Shown: piece after piece, positions 55,870-64,000 of the stretch
How the letters are laid out: each line of letters begins with the position of its first letter
How positions within the stretch are numbered: position 1 is the stretch's first letter
From: the human T2T-CHM13v2.0 reference genome, Homo sapiens
Assembly (NCBI RefSeq): GCF_009914755.1
Contig: NC_060925.1
Length of the DNA: 64,000 nt
Strand: one strand, 5' to 3'
Position numbers and translations under genes: made by a program
The notes under the pieces: generated by a model
Databases searched by the model: none
The model's input: only the letters and a program-made list of their open reading frames with translations
Told to the model about the DNA's origin: nothing

Positions 55870-56720
55870 GGAAGGGTGCTTAAACTTTTCAGATCTATTG
55901 CTCTGGCTGTTGGCAGAGAATAGACTTGAGAAGGACGAGAGTAGAATCCAGAAGAACAGCTAGGAGTCCACCTATTCACCAGTTCAGAAAAGAGACAAAC
56001 GACTTAAGAGATAAAAGTAAGTGACAGAATCCAAAATTTGTCTTGGAGTTAGAACTGGAGAGGTAGCCGACGCATTGGCTGTTTGGGGTGGGTGTGAGGG
56101 AAAGGAGAAACAGTGGGTGATTCCCGGGGTTTGACTCAGGCAACTGATAGCGGAGACTTTGACAGCAAAAAAAAAAAAAAACAAAACAAAAAACTGAACA
56201 TAGAAGAGGTTTGGAATGAGGTGAAAGTTATCGAGGGTTGTATTTTGGAAGTTTTATATGAGATTCCTGTTAATATCCAATGGGCCATGCCAAGTAAGTA
56301 GGTGAAGATTGACATCATTGGCTGCATTGAACATGGCATTTGATATTGTGGGACTAAAAGAGATCATCAAGGGAAAGAATGGAGATACACATGAAAAGTG
56401 AGCTTGAGGCCAAGCCCTACAGCACTGTGTCAGAGAGAGGTAGGTCAGAGGAGGATGTGCCAAGAACAGAAAGACAGGAGAGACTGTGAGGTGGGAATGT
56501 AATTAGGTGACAGTGGTGGCCTGGAAGCTAAGAAAATACAGTGTTTCAAGCAGGAGGGAACATTTAACTCTGCCCCAAGTTGCTAAGCTGTCAAATCAAG
56601 AAAGAGAAGTGCCTGACAGACTTGGCTTCAAGGAGATTGTAGAAAGAGCTTGATAAAAGCATTTTTACTGGTGTGGTAAGGAAGGTTGGAGAAGCACTGA
56701 ACAATGAATGGAAAATGTCT
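55870..56720 (-). mobile_element. L2 LINE remnant
   Basis: Purine-rich diverged L2-like sequence (gatgtgagggaaagga…ctggaagctaagaaaatacagtgtttcaagcaggaggg). Confidence 0.55.
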
Positions 56721-57149
56721 TTCTGGCAACGGTAGGGAGAACTAATTATCAGGAGAAACCTTCCTGATTGAAAACATATAAAACAGTTAAGACATTTATT
56801 ACATTAGTATTTTATATTAAAAATAGGTATAAAGCACCCTCAGGAAAATGAGAGCTTTAATTATATATGTTTCATCAAAATAAATATTGATGGTTATTAA
56901 TTATATCCAAAAAGGTTTTACATCTCTTCTGTTAAATGTCTTCAAGGACTGATATGTCTTTAGCAAAATATTTGCAGGTGTAAAAATCATTTCTCTTAGA
57001 TTTAAAGTGATAGCTTTCAGGACAGAATTAGCTTCTTCCTTGAATTTTGATTTGTGGTAGAAACAAATGTCAGCTGTCTAACAAATGTAGATCTACTACA
57101 TCATTCTCCTGCTCTTTCCCTTTCTCTCATGCTTAGCAGCTGCTGGAAT

Positions 57150-58835
57150 GGAATCAGCGATTCTATCTCAGTTCTGAGAGTCCCACGTTTTTTATCTTGA
57201 ATTTTTTTCATCTCTCATTAGTAATTACTTCTCATTTTTTAAAATTTATTTTTGCTTTTATAATTATTTTTAATTGACACAATCAATGTACATTTTTATG
57301 GGAAACAGTGTGATATTTTGACACACGTATACAAAGTGTAACGATGACATCTCAAATTGTTTCCTTTATTAATTCAATTTATTTTTAACTTTCAAGACTT
57401 TAGTATATTTAAGAAGTTTGTCTATGTCCTCATTTTTATATCAAAACCCCTTTTCTCTTTTTCCTTGTTTTTCATTTACTTTTTTTCCTTCTTTTCCTTT
57501 TTCTAGGGGGAGTGGCAGCTTCTGCTTGGACCATGCTTTATTTTTATAAATATCTTTCTCCCTCATTTTCTGTTAAATTTTTTCTTTTCTTTGCAGTAGC
57601 AGAAGCTTCTGCCTAAGCTTTTGTCTAATTTTATCTTTAAATGAAAGCTGGCTGTGTCAGTTTTTATAAATACAAAATCTGCAGACTACTTTCCCCTTAG
57701 TCCTAGCATTTTGGGCATCCTTAGAAGGGCAAAATCTCACCAAGACTAGAAAAATCAAGATTCTTTAATTTGAAGACGAGGCTGCATTCAGGCTTTGCAT
57801 AATCTTAAGCATATGACACAAAAATCTTTCGCCTTTCAAACACAGCTCTGGACTGGCAGGACTTTGGAAAAGACCCACTGCATTTTCCTGAGGTTTCTTC
57901 CATGTACTGTTTTTGTTTGCTTGTTTGTTAAAATACAAGGAAACTGGTGTATGTACTTCTGGAAGGTAAAAATCCAAGCACTTGGCTTCCACTGTTACCT
58001 CAGGCTGCCTGACACAGAGTCCCAACACAAGAGCACTTGCATTGCTAGAGGAATCCGCTGCAAAATCCCGCTGACTTCGGCAACGGCTGAGCCACTGCAT
58101 CTGGGGACTTTAAGATTCCACTTTGCAATTTGCAGAATTTGTGTTTGTGTTTCTTGTTATCTTTATAATCTTCTCAGGATCACCAGAGTCTTTCCACAAT
58201 ATTCCAACCAGTTCCAATGACTGATTGATAACCAGATGATTTTCCTGGCTCTGAGTTAGAAGAAAACGCACCATTAAATTACATTCTCTTCTGTACATAC
58301 TGGGTAACAAAGGTGAAAGAAACTACAGGTGGCTGGGAGTTTCCATGTGTTGCTGGCTACAGCCACTTCCCCTCACAGGGATCCAGACTGGATCCCAGCT
58401 TTTCCACTTCCTGAGTTCTGAGGGGCTGGTGAAAGATGTATTCTCTCTGCTTTGGCAAAAATTTTAGAATGGTATTCATAGTCACATCAAATTTCGTGTC
58501 CAAAAATTTCTGCTTCATCCAACACCAGAACATTAAAGAATTGTATCCACTGGCTAAATCCAATTCCTTGGTCTTCCTTTGGGATATGCCTTCCAAGTGA
58601 ATTAACATTGCCACAATGACGCTTCGTCTTATTCATTTACACTTCAGCATGGTCTCCAGGATTTCTGCCTTGGATACAAACAATCTACGCAAACTGTAGC
58701 AAGCGTTTTGTGAAATGTGATACGATCTCATTTGTTTGGATAGCCAGTTCTCTTGGTGTGATTGGGTTACCACCTATTTCTCCTTAACATCATTTTTCTT
58801 CTTAAAAGAATCTCCAGGATGAAAATAAAAAATTT
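57150..58835 (-). pseudogene. DDX55: Ancient, highly decayed DDX55 (Spb4-type DEAD-box helicase) processed pseudogene (symbol given is the parent gene)
   Basis: Manual minus-strand translation across frameshifts gives colinear blocks: ILEILLRR, RELAIQTNEIVSHFTK, GRNPG, LDLAS, VLVLDEAE (58508-58519, motif II), NTILKFLPKQR, TQEVEKL, SSNASA, RAVFE, ECSLVFKLKNLDFSSL, FALLRMPKMLGLRGK, FKDKIRQKLRQKLL, KNKAWSKQK, NEDIDKLL. All match recalled DDX55 in order, with no intron-sized gaps. Confidence 0.88.
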
Positions 58836-59299
58836 GAATTACCTTTTGATGAAGCAGTACTCTCTCTCTGGAAATCTACCTTGAAGATATACCTTCACTA
58901 AAAGAAACAACACATGCAAAAAATTGTTCATATGGGATTCTTGCTAGTAGTAATATCTTGGGAAATAAATATTCATCAGTAGGACACATGGCGAATTCTG
59001 AGTCGGAGGAAGGAAAAGTACCAGGTGAGCCTGAGATATTCTTTTGTGCCAAAAAGCAAGGAAGCTATCAACAACCACTGGAACATGTCAAAAGGATCCA
59101 AGAATCAGTTTAAAATCACCAACCAAATTCGGGACACTTTGAGTAGCAAAAGGAATACTTAATGACTATAAGTCACTATAAACAGTAAATAAATTAAAAA
59201 TCTGTAAGTCCAGTGATAATCAAAAAACAAAGGGAAGAAAAGAAAAATGAAAATTTTCATTACTGAGTATCATTATTACACCAATTCCTTATTCTAAAA

Positions 59300-59699
59300 T
59301 GTTGGGGAAAAGCTGAGTGTTGGGAGGGAAACTGAGGCAGGGCTTGCATAATGTCCTCTGGAATGTGTCTAGACTTGCTGGCTCCTTGCTTCTAGCCCTC
59401 CTAGGCTCCTAGATCGATTGTATTACCATTATCTCAAGTACATGTGCCTCATAAATGCTAAACTCACAGCTATGGATCATGCACCTGCCCTTTCCACCTC
59501 CACATTCTCACCACCTGTTTCTTTGTTGGATTACCAATAAATAGCATGGGCTCCCAGAGCTTGGGGCCTTCGCAGCCTCCATGATTGCGATGGCTCCCTA
59601 GTCCCACTTCCCTCTCTCAAACTGTCTTTTTCTCAATCCTTTGACTCCGCCGGACTTTGTCACCCCCACGACCTGGTGTTGGGTCTGATCACCCCAACA
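59300..59699 (+). mobile_element. LTR3 (HERV-K HML-6) solo LTR
   Basis: tgttggggaaagctgagtgttgggag…ctgatcaccccaaca; 6-bp TSD ctaaaa, typical of ERVK. Confidence 0.85.
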
Positions 59700-59869
59700 C
59701 TAAAAATCAAAAATTAAAGGGAAAGAAGTAAGCATTTACCCTAACTTTTCAGGAGAAATTGTGCTTTATTCTGAGATGATGAGGGAAAGCTTTTTAAAAT
59801 AAATGTAGAAGAAATGCTAGAATCAGAAAATGATGGTCAACGAGGTATTTGCATGGTGCCAAATACTAC

Positions 59870-60333
59870 TGTATTAGTTTGCCAAAGCTGCTGTAGTGAA
59901 ATGCCATACACTGAGTGTATTTCAAAGCTGCTGTAGTGAAATGCCATACACTGAGTGTATTTCTGAAGTAACAAATGTAGTGTCTCCTGGTTCTGGAATG
60001 CAGAAGTTCAGGGACCAAGGCATTGACCAGGTTGCTTCCTCCTGAGAGCTGAGGGAGGGATCCATTCCAGGACCCTCTCCTTGGCTTGTAGGTAGCCACC
60101 TTCTCCCTGTGTCTCTTCACATCATCTTCCCCCTACATGTGTCTGTCTCTGTGTCCAAGTTTCCCTATTTTATAAGAACACTAGTCATATTGGATTAGGG
60201 CTCACCCTAACCACTTTATTTTAACTTTATCTCTGCAAAGATCCTATTTCCAAATAAGGTCTCATTCTGAGGTACTTGGGGGTAGAACTTCAACATATCT
60301 TTTTGACAGGGGACACAACTCGACCCAAAATAA
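59870..60333 (-). mobile_element. MLT1 (MaLR) LTR containing a perfect 40-bp tandem duplication (59883-59963)
   Basis: tgtattagtttgcc…caaataaggtctcattctgaggtacttggggg. Confidence 0.82.
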
Positions 60334-61659
60334 TTACCTTAGAGGTGACTTGCTCATATCAAAGGAAAACAGGATACATTTGCAATATAAATATTTGGTG
60401 ATCACAAGCTTAATTAAGTGATCCGTGTGAGCATCAGTAACAGTGGGACAACCTGACGTCATGTACCTCCTGATGTGACGCACTGAGAAGTACACAGCAT
60501 CACCTACCCAGTCTGCTGGGCACACAGCAAACCTGAACCCAGTCCAGTCTGCAGGCCTTCCTTCAGTTTACAGGAAGGAGAAACAAGGCAAATGTGTCCC
60601 AAGCATCACAAAGTCATATTCAGACAAATTCAGAATACAAAGCACTCAACAACACATCTGAGCTGCAGAAGTCAACACCATAAAAATAAGTGTATCAGAA
60701 CTTCTCTAGAACAGGCTAAAAAAACAGATCAATAAGTAACAATACATGGCTCTTGACTGTACTCTGGTTAGGGAAAAAAGGGGCTTTATAATAGAATTTC
60801 GAGACAATTGAGATTTGAATATAGTCTGAATATTAGGGAAGTAGTGGGACTATGTGCTTCCTGATGTACAGGTATTATACAATGTTTTGTAGACATTGTC
60901 CCTATTTTTAGGGGAAGTAGAGGAAGCATCATGTTGTCTGCAAAATATTTTCAAATGGGTTTTGTTAAATCAATTTGTCATCACTGGAAGAGACTGTTAC
61001 ACCAACCCTTTACTCTGAAAATTCATGATCAAAGGGAAAAGGGGGAAATTATACTCACAGTAGATTTGGCAAATCTTAACAACTGTTGAATTTAAATGGG
61101 GAATATATGAGTAATCATTTTACTTCTTTTGAAAAATTTCACAATAAAAAGTTCGAAGAAAAAGATCTAATTAAATAGATACTCCTGTTCATGGATAAAA
61201 GAACTTAATTTCATTCTCACCAAAGTGTCCCATCTATTAGATACACTGAAAATCCCAGCAGGGTTGTGTGTGTGTCACTTGATAAGCTAATTCTAAATTG
61301 TACATGTATTTCAAAAGGGCCAGAAAATAGTCAAGATCCTCCTGAAGGAGATTAATAATGTGAGATTTTCCCTGCCATATATCAAGACTCCTAACAAGGC
61401 TAAAGTGATTCTGACAATGTGGTCTTACTGCAGGGATAGAAAAATATGCCAATGGAACAGAACTGAGAATCTGGAAGCATAGAAGCACAGAATTTAGGAC
61501 AGTGATGACATCCAGGGCGGAGGGTAGGGTGGAAGAGGGATAAGATTGGAGGGATACCTACAAGGGTTTCAAATGTTCTAGAAATGCTCTATTTCTTTGG
61601 CTGGTGATATGTATATAAGGGTTCAGTTTATTATTCTTTAAAGAATACATATATATTTT

Positions 61660-61762
61660 GTATTTTATCTACTTTATATAAAATTTTATCTATTTTATAT
61701 AAAATTTTATCTATTTTATATAAAATTTTATCTATTTTATATAAAATTTTATCTATTTTATA
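61660..61762. repeat. AT-rich 21-bp minisatellite (tattttatataaaattttatc), ~4.5 copies
   Basis: Visible directly; produces the ILYKIDK repeat in ORF 61631-61870. Confidence 0.92.
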
Positions 61763-62733
61763 TATGATATATATCAAAATAAATATGGACTTAAGTGACA
61801 ACGAAAGCTGTTTACAGGAATTAAAAGGTAGCAATAAAAAGTATGGACAACTCTTTAAGGAAACGTTCATTATAAAGGAAAACTAAGCATTAAGACTGTA
61901 GTTGACAGAGACTGAAAAGGTAAGGTTTGGTCTTGTTTGCTAGGTTGTTTGTTTACTGCCACAAAAGATCCCACAGAAAGGGAAATATTGATAATGCAGG
62001 AGAAAAAGGCGATGATCATAAAAGCCACGGCACAGACACAGGGGTTGCCTTGGATTAGATCAGAGACATTTTCAGAAGGACAACAGAAACTATTGTCACA
62101 GAGGTAGAAAGCATTTCAGATTTAACGTTGGAAACAAAAACTCTCTGGGTTGTCGTCTTCTCCTTCTTCAATGAAGTATTAGACAAAACCATTAACCTAG
62201 ACGATAGTGTGATTGCAGAAGGGGATGTGAGGTTTAAGAGAAGAAGGAATGAAGAGGCCTTTTGCAGGGAGTAGGAAAGTCAACGCTTTAGGAAAATGTA
62301 GGAGGATGGCTGTGCCGTGATGAGCACCTATGTGAAATGTGTGGTCCTGAATTTACAGTGAAATGGGTCAGCACAGCTCTGACATTTTCCCCTAGCTACT
62401 TTCACCTCAGAAGACGTTTCAGTCATTTCCATTAGGTAACTACCTAAGGACTCAGTCAAGGACGCAAACATAAGCACAGACCATGGAAGGCAAGTGGGGC
62501 AAAGTAGGAACAGAAGACTGAAGGGAGTGGTGGATATTTTTTAAAAGTAGTGGATGGAATTCCACATAATGGGCTAAGAATTACTGAGGCGGCATAGTAG
62601 GGGAAATATACACAGAATGTTCGGTACGCAGGTGATGCTGTTCTTGCTAATAATACAACCTAAGATGTAACCAACCATGTGAATGGCTGACTGAGACGGT
62701 AAGGAGGAAATGACTACTAAAAAATCATTGAGA

Positions 62734-63088
<355 letters not shown>

Positions 63089-64000
63089 AATCATTGAGAA
63101 ACTAGGGTATTAAATGAAGACTTGAAATTGATGTCGAGGTCACCAGGCATAATAACACGAGTCTGGAAGTAAGAAATTCTGTGAAACTGCAAGCCACTTT
63201 TCAACTGTGATTTGTAACTCATGTCCTAACTTTGTAAGTAAATACTTTTCCTAAGTGTAAAAATATAATTATTTATAAATCTTAAATGCTAGCCCCCTGG
63301 TATACATGTTACCTTGTGACTCATTTTCTAACTAATAAAGAGCATTTGTAATTTAATACGCATCTTAGAATTACCCATACTCTGAAAAGGTTTTCGTTAT
63401 CCAAAAAAACAGTTTGCATAAGTTGGGCCATCAATGTAATAAGTATATATCTCTCTTCCAAAGGACTCTGTTTAGATAATATTTATTAAGCTCCCATATT
63501 AACACATGGTGTCTAATAAAATCCCAAAAGAGTAATGAATACCTCACTGTGCTGGGGAAAAAAATAAAACTCTCAAATACTCTGAGGGGGGGGAAATCTG
63601 TTTAAGGTTTTCAGAGCTGTATCCAAGCAGCAGATGGAGAAATAAATATGCCACTTAGAATTCCTATACCCTTCCTTGGGCAATATAAAATGATATAAGG
63701 AAGGCCAAACTGGCTTGAAAAATATTCATCCACTCCAGCAGCCTCTCTACAGTGACCAGACTTAGGATTCATGAGGGATTAATAAACAGTGGGCCCCTAA
63801 TATATTTAAGCATTCTCTTAATAGCCACAAGGAGTCAGCAAGCATGGATTTATGTAGAACCCACTAAACCTAAATATAGGCTACCATTCTTTTTTATGAG
63901 CTAAAGAGGCCATATAATCTCACCCGTAATACAAGTTTGGTGTTCTGCAGGAAATTCTTAGACTCCACTATTTACTATTGCCAGAGTGTACAAAATGTAT

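Noticed and set aside
61660-61762. Regularly spaced repeats as a CRISPR-like array
   Set aside because: Head-to-tail AT-rich minisatellite with no unique spacers, in a eukaryotic intron.

Overview
Primate (almost certainly human) intronic DNA from the PLD5 locus, which is transcribed on the minus strand. The only functional coding sequence I can support is a 137-bp internal PLD5 exon (22163-22299, minus; SQQKCIVIFALVCCFAILVALIFSAVDIMGEDEDGLSEKNCQNKC-R, the transmembrane exon). The rest is intron packed with Alus, L1s of several ages, L2/MIR, MaLR/ERV1/ERVK solo LTRs and a few DNA-transposon relics. It also holds five copies of unrelated cellular RNAs. These are a tailless ~160-bp ERCC3/XPB fragment, a full-length RPL10A processed pseudogene, a 3' ZNF532 processed pseudogene, a 35-nt 3'-truncated U2 snRNA copy, and a very old, heavily decayed DDX55 retrocopy that the ORF track only hints at. 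Almost all ORFs in the track are repeat-derived or spurious. I found no evidence for a novel functional genetic system; the most interesting signals are retrotransposition fossils of different mechanisms and ages. Parent-gene and repeat-subfamily assignments come from my recollection of the sequences, not from database searches.
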